A stretch of 64,000 nucleotides of DNA, from assembly GCA_965222225.1 (NCBI GenBank), contig CBDCTK010000002.1, positions 3,840,001 through 3,904,000 on the forward strand. Direction: 5' to 3'. How positions within the stretch are numbered: the stretch's first letter is position 1; the number at the start of each line of letters is the position of its first letter. A program made the translations under genes and the position numbers. The stretch comes from Candidatus Poribacteria bacterium (GTDB lineage: Bacteria > Poribacteria > WGA-4E > JAJDTR01). Below, piece by piece: positions 8,222 through 18,439 of the stretch. Below the pieces are notes generated by a model. The model saw only the letters and a program-made list of their open reading frames with translations. It was not told the DNA's origin and made no database searches.

Positions 8222-9211
8222 TCATAGCAGCCCAACTGCGCGGAGCACCGTTTCCTGTACGGTAAATTCGTGGTCTAGCGAGCGGTCGGGCGATTTTTCG
8301 CCGCGGATGTCCGCCACAAGCGCCCGGAGGCTGTCGATATAGCGCGGTTGATGCTTCACGTCCACTCGCTGCCAACCTTCGGCATAACCGTCCCGATTTT
8401 CGTCAAGACACAGTCGCAGCGCCGGCGGTTCGAGCGGTTCGAGTATCACGCTGCCGCGGGTTCCGTAGACCTCCAAGCGTCTTGATGCACTCGACGACAC
8501 TTCCGATGCGGTCGACTCGAGCGTAACCATTGCGTCCGGATATTCGAGGACGGACGTGGTGTTATCACGAAACCAAGGGAAGGTATGGTCCAAGTTCTGC
8601 GAGAAAAATGTCGCGCGTTCGGGGCGCCCGAGTATGGCGACGATGATATCGAGAAGGTGACATGCGAGAATGAACATAATGCCGCCTTCGCGTTCGCCGC
8701 GGGAATCCCATCGTGTCCACGAGGCCTCGTCCGAACGGCGCGTCGAGATGCGTCCGCGAATTGAGAATATATCGCCCAGTTTCCCGGAATTTGCCCAATC
8801 GAGGAGGAACTGAAATCCCGCGTTATATCGGAACATATAGCCGAGTTGGACACACAGCCCCTTTTCGCGTGCGATGTCCAGAACCGCGCGGAACGCCTCC
8901 AGGTCGTCGCCTGCCGGTTTGTCGAGCCAGACGTGCTTGCCACGTTCAACCGCCGCGCGTGCGTATTCGAGGTTTTTGGACACCCGTCCCTGTACCGCGA
9001 CCCCCACAATGCTCTCATCCTCCAACATCTCCTCCGCGGACGAGAACCAGTTAACCCCCTCATACGCCTCATTGGCGCCGAGTGTAGCGCGAACTTCCGT
9101 TGACGGTTCATAAACGCCCGCGAAATCGACATCGTCGTTTGTTTTCAGTGTCTTCGCCTTTCCGCTGGCGTGGTCGTGCGAGATGCCGTATTGTGCAAAC
9201 CTGATTTTCAT
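8222..9211 (-). CDS. Gfo/Idh/MocA family oxidoreductase (paralog 3)
   Basis: Same motifs and 329-aa length as paralog 1. Confidence 0.9.
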   Translation of the reverse strand: MKIRFAQYGISHDHASGKAKTLKTNDDVDFAGVYEPSTEVRATLGANEAYEGVNWFSSAEEMLEDESIVGVAVQGRVSKNLEYARAAVERGKHVWLDKPAGDDLEAFRAVLDIAREKGLCVQLGYMFRYNAGFQFLLDWANSGKLGDIFSIRGRISTRRSDEASWTRWDSRGEREGGIMFILACHLLDIIVAILGRPERATFFSQNLDHTFPWFRDNTTSVLEYPDAMVTLESTASEVSSSASRRLEVYGTRGSVILEPLEPPALRLCLDENRDGYAEGWQRVDVKHQPRYIDSLRALVADIRGEKSPDRSLDHEFTVQETVLRAVGLL

Positions 9212-9378
9212 TCTGCCTCACCTCCATCTAAATTGAATTTAGTAACGGATGAATCCTTGAACCGTGTTAATTCTTGCCGAATGTCCGTCGTACTGTCAAG
9301 CAAATTCAGCGGAAGCGACAGAACAATCGTACCGAAGGGGGGAGATTCGGGATCTGACGATTGTTCATTCCAAAAGAA

Positions 9379-9495
9379 ATCGCGACCGGGAGAGGATCTC
9401 TATCGATAAAAGGAACGGACAGTGACTACGATAGTATCCTACTCACTACGGGATTTACTATCGCCTTCACTATTCGTTCAGTTGATCGCTCCTAC
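9379..9495 (-). repeat. Hairpin-element cluster within a REP
   Basis: Minus strand GTAGGAGC GATCAA CT GA AC GAATA GT GA AG GCGATAG TAAATCCC plus further partial units. Confidence 0.8.
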
Positions 9496-9575
9496 GGTTG
9501 GTAGCGATTGTTGTTGACCGAGAAGCGAAAGCGGGGTAAAATTCTCCCGCATTTGTCATATGGAATCACCTCTAA

Positions 9576-9786
9576 GAGCCTGTTTGAATAATCGGTGGCA
9601 AAGCCATTTTTAGTTATTTGTCGGAAGTTTTTTCATGTTTTCATTGTTGGCTGCTACATACCTGTCGCCCTGCTGGGGCTTAGGTGCACGGGGTTTTTGG
9701 TGTTTCTATACACCTTCCGCCCCTCTGGGGCTTTAGATGCTAGTGCGCAGTGCGCACCCTACAAACTGTACTTTTCAAACAGGCTC
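9576..9786. mobile_element. MITE, GAGCCTGTTTGAA-TIR family (copy without hairpin element)
   Basis: Perfect 13-bp TIR, TAA target duplication, internal REP-like hairpins. Confidence 0.88.
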
Positions 9787-9850
9787 TAAGAGTGATGGAG
9801 AGCATTGACTTTAACCAAATCGAATGATGCCGCATCCGAAGGGTTTGAAG

Positions 9851-11227
9851 ATGGCGGAAGAAACACGTTACCTTGTCCTGGATTCGCGAATCATCGCCGA
9901 CGTTGAGGGGGCAAAACTCACGCTTGGTGAAGTGGCAAAACACCCTGCGAACCCGCTCTTCACCGAGGAGAAACCGTGGGAACCCCGCTACGACAACGTC
10001 TACGCCGATGTCATTTATGACGACGACGAAAAAACCTATAAGTGTTGGTACAACCCGTTTATCGTTGACGCGCGGGTGACCAGCACGCCTCCGGAACGGC
10101 GCCATCCCGACATCATAAAGTACAACGATGTGAAACCGACGGATCGAGAGATAGGGCTATGCTATGCGGTCTCAAAGGACGGAATCCATTGGGAAAAACC
10201 GAATCTGGGCATGGCTGAGTTCGAGGGGGACAAAAGGAACAACATCGTCACGCGCCGCCGCGGCGTCGCAGGCATTTACAAGGATGGCCGCGATCCCGAT
10301 CCGACGAGACGCTACAAGATGTTTTTCTCCGCGAGCAGGGGTACGTTCGTGGCGTTCTCTCCGGACGGCTTGCATTGGGGCGAGCAAATTCCCGTACCGG
10401 GGCACGAGGGCGGTAATCGGCCAAGCGCGTTCTGGTCACCGCATCTCGGCAAGTATGTCGTAATCACCCGACGCAATTCGGATCTCGGCAGGCGCCAAGT
10501 CACGCAGACCGAGTCGTCCGACTTTGTGACCTGGAGGCGGGAGAGGAGCATTCTGGAGGGACCGACTCAGCAACTGCAAACCCACGACATGATTGTCTTT
10601 CCGACGTGCGGCTTGTACATCGGATTGGTAGGGGTGATGGTGTTTCCGGAGGAGGATTCCGATCGTGGAGTGAAGCAGCACGCCGAACTGGCGTGGAGCC
10701 CTGACACCGTCACCTGGCACCGGATACAGGAGGGCACTCCGTTTATCGGACACAGCCCCGCCGAGAAAGAACGGTACGGGGAAACACCTTACGACTGGGG
10801 CACCATCTTCGCCGCCGCGCCGATCTTCCATGACGATGAGGTCCGAATCTATTACGGTGCGGGCGACTGGCACTTCTTCGAATGGCGGAACGGCTACCTC
10901 GCGCTGGCGACGCTCAGACCCGATGGCTGGGCGGGATACGAGCCAATCGCTGCTAAAAGCACGGCGGTGGTTACGACGGAACTAGTGGATTTCGACGGGG
11001 AGACGCTTGGGGTAACCGCCGACGTGGACGATGGCGGCTCGGTTCACGTTGAGGTAGTTAATGAGGAGAACGAGTGCTTGGCGGCGATCCAACCTATTGT
11101 TGATACCGTCACTGACGGTCAAGTGGCGTGGGAGGCAGATGAATCCTTTGTCAGCCTGAACAGTAAGCGTGCGCGTCTGAGATTTCGGCTGCGCAACGCC
11201 AAACTGTACGGCTTCCAGACATGGTAG
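9851..11227 (+). CDS. Five-bladed beta-propeller glycoside hydrolase-like protein (GH32/43/130-like)
   Basis: KHPANP, YKCWY, YAVSKDGIHWEKP, SPDGLHW, SSDFVTW repeats; LATLRPDGW linker to a C-terminal beta domain. Confidence 0.7.
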   Translation: MAEETRYLVLDSRIIADVEGAKLTLGEVAKHPANPLFTEEKPWEPRYDNVYADVIYDDDEKTYKCWYNPFIVDARVTSTPPERRHPDIIKYNDVKPTDREIGLCYAVSKDGIHWEKPNLGMAEFEGDKRNNIVTRRRGVAGIYKDGRDPDPTRRYKMFFSASRGTFVAFSPDGLHWGEQIPVPGHEGGNRPSAFWSPHLGKYVVITRRNSDLGRRQVTQTESSDFVTWRRERSILEGPTQQLQTHDMIVFPTCGLYIGLVGVMVFPEEDSDRGVKQHAELAWSPDTVTWHRIQEGTPFIGHSPAEKERYGETPYDWGTIFAAAPIFHDDEVRIYYGAGDWHFFEWRNGYLALATLRPDGWAGYEPIAAKSTAVVTTELVDFDGETLGVTADVDDGGSVHVEVVNEENECLAAIQPIVDTVTDGQVAWEADESFVSLNSKRARLRFRLRNAKLYGFQTW

Positions 11228-11233
11228 CCATAT

Positions 11234-11288
11234 GTAGGGTGGGATCAAGGGAGCGAATAGCGACCGCGATAGAGTTCCACTGCCCACC
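11234..11288 (+). repeat. REP with inserted hairpin element
   Basis: GTAGGGTGG GATCAA GG GA GC GAATA GC GA CC GCGATAG AGTTC CACTGCCCACC. Confidence 0.85.
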
Positions 11289-11437
11289 AGCCTTTTTCCT
11301 TGTGCGTCTGATTGGACGTTCACCTTCAATTATTCCGCAATGTTTGTCGATTCGAATCGAAATGATTATGATGTAAACCGTATATCCGGTCTAACTAGAA
11401 TTCTTCCGATGCCCGGGACGGGCGAGAGGAACCAGAA

Positions 11438-12502
11438 ATGTCAGAAGCAATACCTTTTAATATCCCGATGATTGACCTATGCGACGAGACAGAGCGTCAT
11501 GTGATCATCGCCCAAGGCACCCCTGAAAGCTACAAAGGGCACCCCACGACGCTCCTGATGCCGGACCAAAAAACCATGTTCTGCGTCTATCCGCTGGGTC
11601 ACGGCGGACCTTCGGCGGTTCTCCAGCGGAGCGACGATGCCGGTCTAACGTGGTCGGATCCGCTGCCCGTTCCGGAGAACTGGAAGACGGCGACCAATTG
11701 CCCGGCGATCTTCCGATTTGTCGGGCCGGACGGCGTGGAACGGCTGTTTGTTTTTGAGGGTTTGAAAAAGATGCGTCAGTCGGTGTCGCTCAACCGCGGC
11801 GAGACGTGGACGCCGTTCGAGGAGAACGGACTGAAAACGGAAATGCCCTTCACCACGATTATCGAAGTCTCCGGGAACCGATTGATGGGCGGATGGAGCC
11901 GGCAGGGACCGACGCTCATCAGCTTCTCCGACGATGGCGGCTTGACGTGGTCGCCCGAACGGGTGCTGGTTGAGAGCGGCGGGAAGTTCCCCGATTCAAA
12001 GCCGTGCGAGCCGGCGTTTGTGCGCTCGCCCGACGGGAAGGAAATCGCGTGTGTGTTGCGGGTCAGCAGCAGTATGAAATGCCGCTCTCTCGCAGTGTTC
12101 AGCGAGGACGAAGGGGAATCGTGGACGGATCCGGTGGAGCTTGACCGCACGATGACGGGGGACCGCCACCAACCGCGCTACTCGTCGGACGGACGTCTCC
12201 TCATCCCCTTCCGCGATAGGACGCTGCACAGCCCAACCTGGGGCCACTTCGTGGCGTGGGTGGGAACGTACGACGATATTCGCAACTGTCGAGCCGGGCA
12301 GTATCGCCTCAAACTGCTGCACAGCTACGACGAGGTGAAAAAGCATGACACCGGCTACCCTGGTGTGGAACTTCTGCCGGACGACACGCTTGTCGTGACG
12401 ACGTATGTCAAGTATAGACCCGGTCCTGAGAAGCAGTCCGTGGTCAGTGTACGGCTAAAGCTGGAGGAGATTGACGCTAAGGCGAAGAGCATGCGCGGTT
12501 AA
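11438..12502 (+). CDS. BNR/Asp-box exo-alpha-sialidase-like protein (copy 1)
   Basis: Asp-boxes SDDAGLTW, SLNRGETW, SDDGGLTW, SEDEGESW; C-terminal GYP. Confidence 0.82.
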   Translation: MSEAIPFNIPMIDLCDETERHVIIAQGTPESYKGHPTTLLMPDQKTMFCVYPLGHGGPSAVLQRSDDAGLTWSDPLPVPENWKTATNCPAIFRFVGPDGVERLFVFEGLKKMRQSVSLNRGETWTPFEENGLKTEMPFTTIIEVSGNRLMGGWSRQGPTLISFSDDGGLTWSPERVLVESGGKFPDSKPCEPAFVRSPDGKEIACVLRVSSSMKCRSLAVFSEDEGESWTDPVELDRTMTGDRHQPRYSSDGRLLIPFRDRTLHSPTWGHFVAWVGTYDDIRNCRAGQYRLKLLHSYDEVKKHDTGYPGVELLPDDTLVVTTYVKYRPGPEKQSVVSVRLKLEEIDAKAKSMRG

Positions 12503-12593
12503 ACCATGGGAAAGACCATAATCAACCCCCGTTTCAAAACAAAATCTTGGAATCGGTTTAGAATTGCCGCCTAACTCGTATCTCTAATTTGCT

Positions 12594-12618
12594 GTAGGAG
12601 CGATCTCCGAATCGCGAC
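12594..12618 (+). repeat. Empty REP GTAGGAGCGATCTCCGAATCGCGAC (identical copy at 14406-14430)
   Basis: GTAG plus imperfect palindrome; unfilled counterpart of 40382-40440 and 54220. Confidence 0.75.
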
Positions 12619-12643
12619 CCTCGGTTTGCGGTAACGCGGTTCT

Positions 12644-12872
12644 GTAGGTTGGGTTGAACGGTCAAACACGAATCCGTGCCAAAGCGGAGGGAGAATCTGA
12701 CTTACAACAACATCCGCCTGTGGATAGACAAAGTGAATCCCAACACCGTATTTCCCGAGTAGCGTATCTGTCGGTTTTCTCTATGCTTGGTGAGGCTATG
12801 AGCGCCATCAAGCACCGGAACGTACGCGAAGGTTTAGGGGTTTGTTGCTCGTTTCCGTTCAACCCGACCTAC
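12644..12872. repeat. REPIN-like inverted doublet of GTAGGTTGGGTTGAACG REPs
   Basis: GTAGGTTGGGTTGAACGG ... CCGTTCAACCCGACCTAC. Confidence 0.7.
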
Positions 12873-12980
12873 GAAATATCGCTGAGAAGTTATACCATCT
12901 TGCTTAAATAACAGTGCATATAGTGCTTTCCATGGTCTATTTTGACAACTGTTTCCCTTCACGCGAAACCCCGTATGCGG

Positions 12981-13070
12981 GAATCAAGCGAGTGAATAGC
13001 GAGTGATCAAGGGAGTGGCAAGCGACCGCGATAGAAATCCCATAGAAAATCCTGTGCGATAGAAGGTCCC
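12981..13070 (+). repeat. Nested hairpin-element cluster
   Basis: AATCAA GC GA GT GAATA GC GA GT [GATCAA GG GA GT GGCAA GC GA CC GCGATAG AAATCCC] ATAG AAAATCCT GTGCGATAGAAGGTCCC. Confidence 0.8.
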
Positions 13071-13247
13071 ACTGTTAGTTTGCGGATTCCAAAATCTAAC
13101 GGATTAGGCAGAATGCGCGGATGATGGAATATTGCCACGAACAACCGAATTTCATGAATCCAATCGGATAGGACCTACGCAAATCTTTCCCATTACGCAT
13201 TATGTATTTCGAGACATTCAGTTACGGAAACCCCAAAGGAGTAAAAC

Positions 13248-14312
13248 ATGTCAGAATCGATACCTTTTAACATCCCAATGATCGACCTGTGCGACGAGAC
13301 GCACCGCCACGTGATTATCGCCCAAGGCACGGCTGAAAGTTACAAGGGGCACCCTACGACGCTGCTGATGCCGGACCAAAAAACGATGTTCTGCGTCTAT
13401 CCGTTGGGGCACGGAGGACCTTCCGCGGTGCTCCAGCGCAGCGACGATGCCGGTCTGACGTGGTCGGATCCGCTGCCCGTCCCGGAGAACTGGAAGACGG
13501 CTACCAACTGCCCGGCCATATTCCGATTTGTCGGGCCGGACGGCGTGGAACGGCTGTTTGTTTTTGAGGGTTTGGGAAAGATGCGCCAATCCGTGTCTCT
13601 TGACCGCGGTGAGACGTGGACGCCGTTCGAGGAGAACGGACTGAAAACCGCAATGCCCTTCACCACCATTATCGAAATCTCCGGGAACCGCTTGATGGGT
13701 GGATGGAGCCGGAAGCCATCGACGCTTATCAGCTTCTCCGACGATGGCGGCTTGACATGGTCGCCCGAACGGGTTCTGGCTGAGAGCGGCGGGAAGTTCC
13801 CCGATTCAATGCCGTGCGAGCCGGCGTTTGTGCGCTCGCCCGACGGGAAGGAAATCGCGTGTGTGTTGCGGGTCAGCAGCAGTATGAAATGCCGCTCTCT
13901 CGCAGTGTTCAGCGAGGACGAAGGGGAAACGTGGACGGATCCGGTGGAGCTTGACCGCACGATGACGGGTGACCGCCACCAACCGCGCTACTCGTCGGAC
14001 GGACGTCTCCTCATCCCCTTCCGCGATAGGACGTTGAATAGCCCGACGTGGGGCCACTTTGTGGCATGGGTGGGAACGTATGACGATCTGCGAAATTGCC
14101 GAGCGGGGCAGTATCGTCTCAAACTGCTGCACAGCTACGACGAGGTGAAAAAGCATGACACCGGCTATCCCGGGGTGGAACTCTTGCCGGACGACACGCT
14201 TGTCGTGACGACGTACGTCAAGTACAGACCGGGACCTGAGAAACAGTCCGTGGTCAGTGTGCGGTTAAAGCTGGAGGAAATTGACGCCAAGGCGGCTAGC
14301 GGGAGGGGTTGA
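13248..14312 (+). CDS. BNR/Asp-box exo-alpha-sialidase-like protein (copy 2)
   Basis: Near-identical 354-aa paralog of 11438-12502. Confidence 0.82.
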   Translation: MSESIPFNIPMIDLCDETHRHVIIAQGTAESYKGHPTTLLMPDQKTMFCVYPLGHGGPSAVLQRSDDAGLTWSDPLPVPENWKTATNCPAIFRFVGPDGVERLFVFEGLGKMRQSVSLDRGETWTPFEENGLKTAMPFTTIIEISGNRLMGGWSRKPSTLISFSDDGGLTWSPERVLAESGGKFPDSMPCEPAFVRSPDGKEIACVLRVSSSMKCRSLAVFSEDEGETWTDPVELDRTMTGDRHQPRYSSDGRLLIPFRDRTLNSPTWGHFVAWVGTYDDLRNCRAGQYRLKLLHSYDEVKKHDTGYPGVELLPDDTLVVTTYVKYRPGPEKQSVVSVRLKLEEIDAKAASGRG

Positions 14313-14636
14313 GCCGTGGTGGAAAGATAGTAATCAACCTCCGTTTCTTAGTGAAATTGTATGGCTGGTTTAGAATTGCTGCTTAAATCGTATATCTTAT
14401 TTGCTGTAGGAGCGATCTCCGAATCGCGACCCTAGGTTTGCTGTAACGCAATTCATTCCGTATCCGATTGGTAGTTCACTTGCCTGTAGACCGCAATATG
14501 TGTAAATATTAACGTAAATGAATATAGATGCTATTGCGTTGTCCTGAGAACGTTGTGAATTGAGGTTCGGACGGTGGATGTGGTATACTTTATATTCGCC
14601 TAAACCACGGATTTTGAACAAAGGAGTGTGTAATCT

Positions 14637-15434
14637 ATGTCTATGCAACAGTTGCGCACGCTGACGGAGGAACAGGTGGCGCAATTCAAACTCAACGGTT
14701 TTCTAGCGGTTGAGAATGTTCTATCAACCGAAGAAGTGGAAACTCTCGCGGCGCATAGTGACCTTATTGCCGCCGGCAAGGCAAAGAATATCCCGGACAC
14801 TAGCATTCAAATTGAACCGGCGATTCGCAAGAACGGGAAACCTATCGAAAACCAGGTTTTATCGGTACGCAAACTATATAACTTGGCGGTGTATGATGAC
14901 GTGATGTGGAGTCATGTCACCAATCCCAAAGTTGTGGACATCATTGCCGACCTGCTGGGCACCGATGACATCAAGATGTACGGCGATCAGTTTTTCATGA
15001 AATCGCCCAAGGGAGTCGGCTCCGCGCAGCCGTGGCACCAGGATTCCGCCTCTTGGCGCGACATCTTTCCCATGGATCTGGTGAGTGCGTGGACCTCCCT
15101 AGACCATGCCACCGAGGAGAACGGGTGTTTGAACTTTCTCCCGGGGACGCATCGCTGGGGTATGGTGCGAGGCGAGCGGCTTAAGGTATTTTTGGACGAC
15201 CTCGGCGGGAAGCAGTGGCCCATCGTACTGGCGCCGCTCACCCCCGGCAGCATCAGTTTCCATCACAGTCTTACGCTGCACATGAGCAACGCCAACCTCT
15301 CGGGCAAGCGGCGGCGCGGCTACGCGATACACTATATGCGCGCGGCTTCATGGAAAGATGAATCGGTAACGGACGCGCCGAAAATGCCCCCATTCAAGTC
15401 GGTGAGGGGCAGATCGTTCCCCGGACGGGTATAA
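14637..15434 (+). CDS. PhyH family dioxygenase
   Basis: PWHQD, ENGCLNFLPGTH, HMSNANLS..RR. Confidence 0.9.
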   Translation: MSMQQLRTLTEEQVAQFKLNGFLAVENVLSTEEVETLAAHSDLIAAGKAKNIPDTSIQIEPAIRKNGKPIENQVLSVRKLYNLAVYDDVMWSHVTNPKVVDIIADLLGTDDIKMYGDQFFMKSPKGVGSAQPWHQDSASWRDIFPMDLVSAWTSLDHATEENGCLNFLPGTHRWGMVRGERLKVFLDDLGGKQWPIVLAPLTPGSISFHHSLTLHMSNANLSGKRRRGYAIHYMRAASWKDESVTDAPKMPPFKSVRGRSFPGRV

Positions 15435-15630
15435 GCCTATCTCAACCCGTAGACACGACGCGCAAAGTGATACGGGGACGCTCTTCGCAGCGATGTAAAA
15501 ACTGGCTATGAGCCGACAAAATAGTGGATAAGAAACTGAGTTTTCAAGAAAAAACTCGGTTTCTACGTGGAGTCCAGTCCGAAGTGTTTCTACGATTGCA
15601 GATTCGCAACGAAGGAGATTTATCGAGTTA

Positions 15631-16680
15631 ATGAGTAAATTACGAGTTGGTATAATTGGTTTGGGCGGAATAGGTGATTCCCACTGCGACGCCATAGCGG
15701 CGCTTGACAATGTAGAGGTCGTCGCTGTCGCCGACCTTTTGGAGGAGAAGCGACGTGAAAGCATGGAGAAGTACAATGTCTCCAAGGGGTATGCGTCTCA
15801 CACCGAGTTGCTGAAGGACGACAACGTCGACGCCGTGGCTATCACGCTGGGACATCAACTCCATCATCGCCTCACTGTGGATGCTTGCAACGCCGGCAAG
15901 CACGTATTGGTAGAGAAGCCGATGGCGATTAGTCTGGAACAGTGCGACGAAATGATTGAGGCTGCCGCCGCCAACGATGTCAAGCTGATGGTTGGGTATA
16001 CACAACACTTTTATGGCACAAGCCTGAAGGCAAAGGAGATTCTCGATTCGGGCGCGCTTGGTCCGCTAATCACCGCTGTCTGCTATATGTCCAAGAACTG
16101 GGGTTACTCCTGGCGCCGTCCGCAGTACCGAAGCCGCTACCACGGCGGGGGTATGTGGATCACCAATGGCGTTCATGTGGTAGATCGCCTTACGTGGGTG
16201 ATGGCGTCGCAGGCGGCGTCCGTATCGGCGTCTATCGGTGCGCGCGCGCACTATCAGGCAAGCGACGATTCCGCCACCGCCTTCATTCGATACAAGAACG
16301 GTCTCGCGGGTGTCGCGGTTGCAGTAGGCTACGCTGACGGCGCGCCGAGTTACGAATGCCATGTGATTTGCGCCAACGGATCGCTGCGATTCAGTCAACA
16401 CGGCGAAAAGTTTGTCAAGGTCGGAAAGGGCGATAAATGGGGAGACGTGCCATTTGATGATCCGCCATTTGAGTTCCAAAACGAGTGGAAAGCGTTTGCC
16501 GAAGCGATTGAGCAGAACATAGAGCCGCCAACGCACGGGGAATGGGGTCGCCACATTATGGAGATTATGTTCGCGGCGGAGGAATCGGCGATTACGGGCA
16601 TGGAGATGGAGCTGGAAGATGTTGGCTGGAGCAATCAACGGTCTGGCTCGCCCGTAACCCGCAACCACGGCTGGATTTAA
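15631..16680 (+). CDS. Gfo/Idh/MocA family oxidoreductase
   Basis: RVGIIGLGGIG Rossmann motif, AGKHVLVEKP, GGG....NGVHVVD. Confidence 0.92.
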   Translation: MSKLRVGIIGLGGIGDSHCDAIAALDNVEVVAVADLLEEKRRESMEKYNVSKGYASHTELLKDDNVDAVAITLGHQLHHRLTVDACNAGKHVLVEKPMAISLEQCDEMIEAAAANDVKLMVGYTQHFYGTSLKAKEILDSGALGPLITAVCYMSKNWGYSWRRPQYRSRYHGGGMWITNGVHVVDRLTWVMASQAASVSASIGARAHYQASDDSATAFIRYKNGLAGVAVAVGYADGAPSYECHVICANGSLRFSQHGEKFVKVGKGDKWGDVPFDDPPFEFQNEWKAFAEAIEQNIEPPTHGEWGRHIMEIMFAAEESAITGMEMELEDVGWSNQRSGSPVTRNHGWI

Positions 16681-16825
16681 GGCTGTAACAATTAATGCCT
16701 CGCCCACATCCTCATTTCCCGTGTGCGGAGCATCGTGCCTTTCCGGCATCCCCATTTCCTGTAGGCGGGGCATCTTGCCCCGCCCGTGACCTCCGTTGGA
16801 GCGCAGCATTGAGTTGAATTTAACA

Positions 16826-16895
16826 AGATCTCTATAGAGTTCCCTAATCCGTCACTTGATCCTATCCAATCGCTTGATTGTTCAACCCAACCTAC
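16826..16895 (-). repeat. Partial nested hairpin elements in a GTAGGTTGGGTTGAAC REP
   Basis: Minus strand GTAGGTTGGGTTGAAC AATCAAGCGATTGGATAG GATCAAGTGACGGATTAGGGAAC..ATAGAGATCTT. Confidence 0.7.
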
Positions 16896-16942
16896 GATGG
16901 TCGCGAGCTGGAGCTCGCTCCTACAACCCTGGAGGAATTAAC

Positions 16943-17956
16943 ATGAAACGCAACAGCGACCTCCTGCAACACTTCATGGAGCAAAAGCCGTCGTTAGCCC
17001 CAAAACTGGCGTGGCAGGCGACTTCCGTTGAAGAACATCGGGCGTGGCGCCGGGGTTTTGCACGGCGATTGCGTACGCTCTTGGGACGTACACCCCCCGC
17101 AGTGCCTCTCCAAGTTGACTGTGTCGAAGAAGTGGAGACAGAGGGATTCACGCGGCGCAAACTCTACATCCGTTCCGAGGAACACTACTGGGTGCCGGCA
17201 TACCTTTTTCTGCCGAAACATCGGCGTGACGCGGCGCCCGCCATCGTTTGCTTGCACGGTCACAGCGGTATATATCCTTACATTCGCGACGGAAGCGAAG
17301 AACAGCGGGCAAAGTCCAAGAAACTCGATCTGGATTACGCTCCCTACTTTGCCGAAAACGGATATGTGACCATTGCCCCCGTCCAGCGCGGTTGGAATGA
17401 GACCTCCGAGAGTGTCAGTCACAAAGGAAGTGGTTGTCAGCGGATGGTAATGAACAGCTTTCTTACCGGCATGACGCCCGTCGGCTTGCGATGCTGGGAC
17501 GCCTCGCGTCTCGTCGACTACCTGCGGACGCTGGAAGCCGTCGACTCGTCGCGTATCGGCGTCGCAGGGCTGTCGGGCGGCGGTACGATCGCTCTGTTCT
17601 GGGCGGCGATTGAGCCGAGAATCAGGCTCGCCATCGTCGCCGGATACTACTGCACCTTTGCCGATTCCATTTACTCTGTTCATCACTGCCTATGCAACTG
17701 CGTTCCGCACATGCTGGAATGGGGCGAGATGCGGGAGGTCGCCGCCCTGATTGCGCCTCGGCCGCTCCTCGTCATCAGCGGCACGAAGGATCCCATCTTC
17801 CCGATTGAAGCCACTCGACGGGCGTATTCGGACTTGGAACCGGTTTATAATCTCCTCGACGCCCGTCGGGATTTGGAAAAGGACTTCTTTGACGGACCGC
17901 ACGCGTGGAGCAACCGAAAGACGCTGCCTTTCCTCAAGAAGCATATAGGGATTTGA
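16943..17956 (+). CDS. Alpha/beta hydrolase (dienelactone hydrolase/acetylxylan esterase-like)
   Basis: CLHGH, GLSGGG nucleophile elbow, LIAPRPLL..G..D and C-terminal H; GGAGG RBS before ATG 16943. Confidence 0.85.
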   Translation: MKRNSDLLQHFMEQKPSLAPKLAWQATSVEEHRAWRRGFARRLRTLLGRTPPAVPLQVDCVEEVETEGFTRRKLYIRSEEHYWVPAYLFLPKHRRDAAPAIVCLHGHSGIYPYIRDGSEEQRAKSKKLDLDYAPYFAENGYVTIAPVQRGWNETSESVSHKGSGCQRMVMNSFLTGMTPVGLRCWDASRLVDYLRTLEAVDSSRIGVAGLSGGGTIALFWAAIEPRIRLAIVAGYYCTFADSIYSVHHCLCNCVPHMLEWGEMREVAALIAPRPLLVISGTKDPIFPIEATRRAYSDLEPVYNLLDARRDLEKDFFDGPHAWSNRKTLPFLKKHIGI

Positions 17957-18076
17957 AACGCCCAGCCCAGCCATCCACACTGACATGACACGTCCCGCCC
18001 TTCGCTGTTGAACGGTTTGAATTGGCGTGAAGACATTGGGGTAGGTTACACGGGCGGTCATCTGATACAAACCTAA

Positions 18077-18286
18077 GAGCCTGTTTGAAAAGTACAGTTT
18101 GTAGGGTGCGCACTGCGCACCAGCCTCTAACAGCCCCGGAGGGGCGGAAGGTGTGTAGAAACACCGAAACCCTGCGTACCTAAGCCCCAGCGGGGCGACA
18201 GGTATATAGCGGGCAAATACACAAACATGAAAAACTGTCTTCAAATGACTAAAAATAGCTTTGCTGCCGACTATTCAAACAGGTTC
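18077..18286. mobile_element. MITE, GAGCCTGTTTGAA-TIR family (copy without hairpin element, inverted relative to 9576)
   Basis: TIRs GAGCCTGTTTGAA / TTCAAACAGGTTC, TAA duplication, interior homologous to 9576-9786. Confidence 0.88.
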
Positions 18287-18439
18287 TAAGATAGCCTTTA
18301 GTTGAACGTGCAAATTGTACTCATTTGGTCAATAATAGGGATTTTGAGATGAACACCTCCGCTCTGCACGCCAAAGCGGCTCGTGCTGATTGATAGATCT
18401 GTGCTTGAGGTATTCATCATTGATGCGGAGGCCAGTGTT

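Noticed and set aside
9595-9789. Similar small ORFs MAKPFLVICRKFF.. at 9595 and 59952-60278
   Set aside because: They are translations of the MITE sequence, not an independently supported protein family.
11438-14312. Diversity-generating retroelement template/variable repeat pair
   Set aside because: Both copies are whole genes, differences are mostly synonymous and not adenine-specific, and no reverse transcriptase is present.
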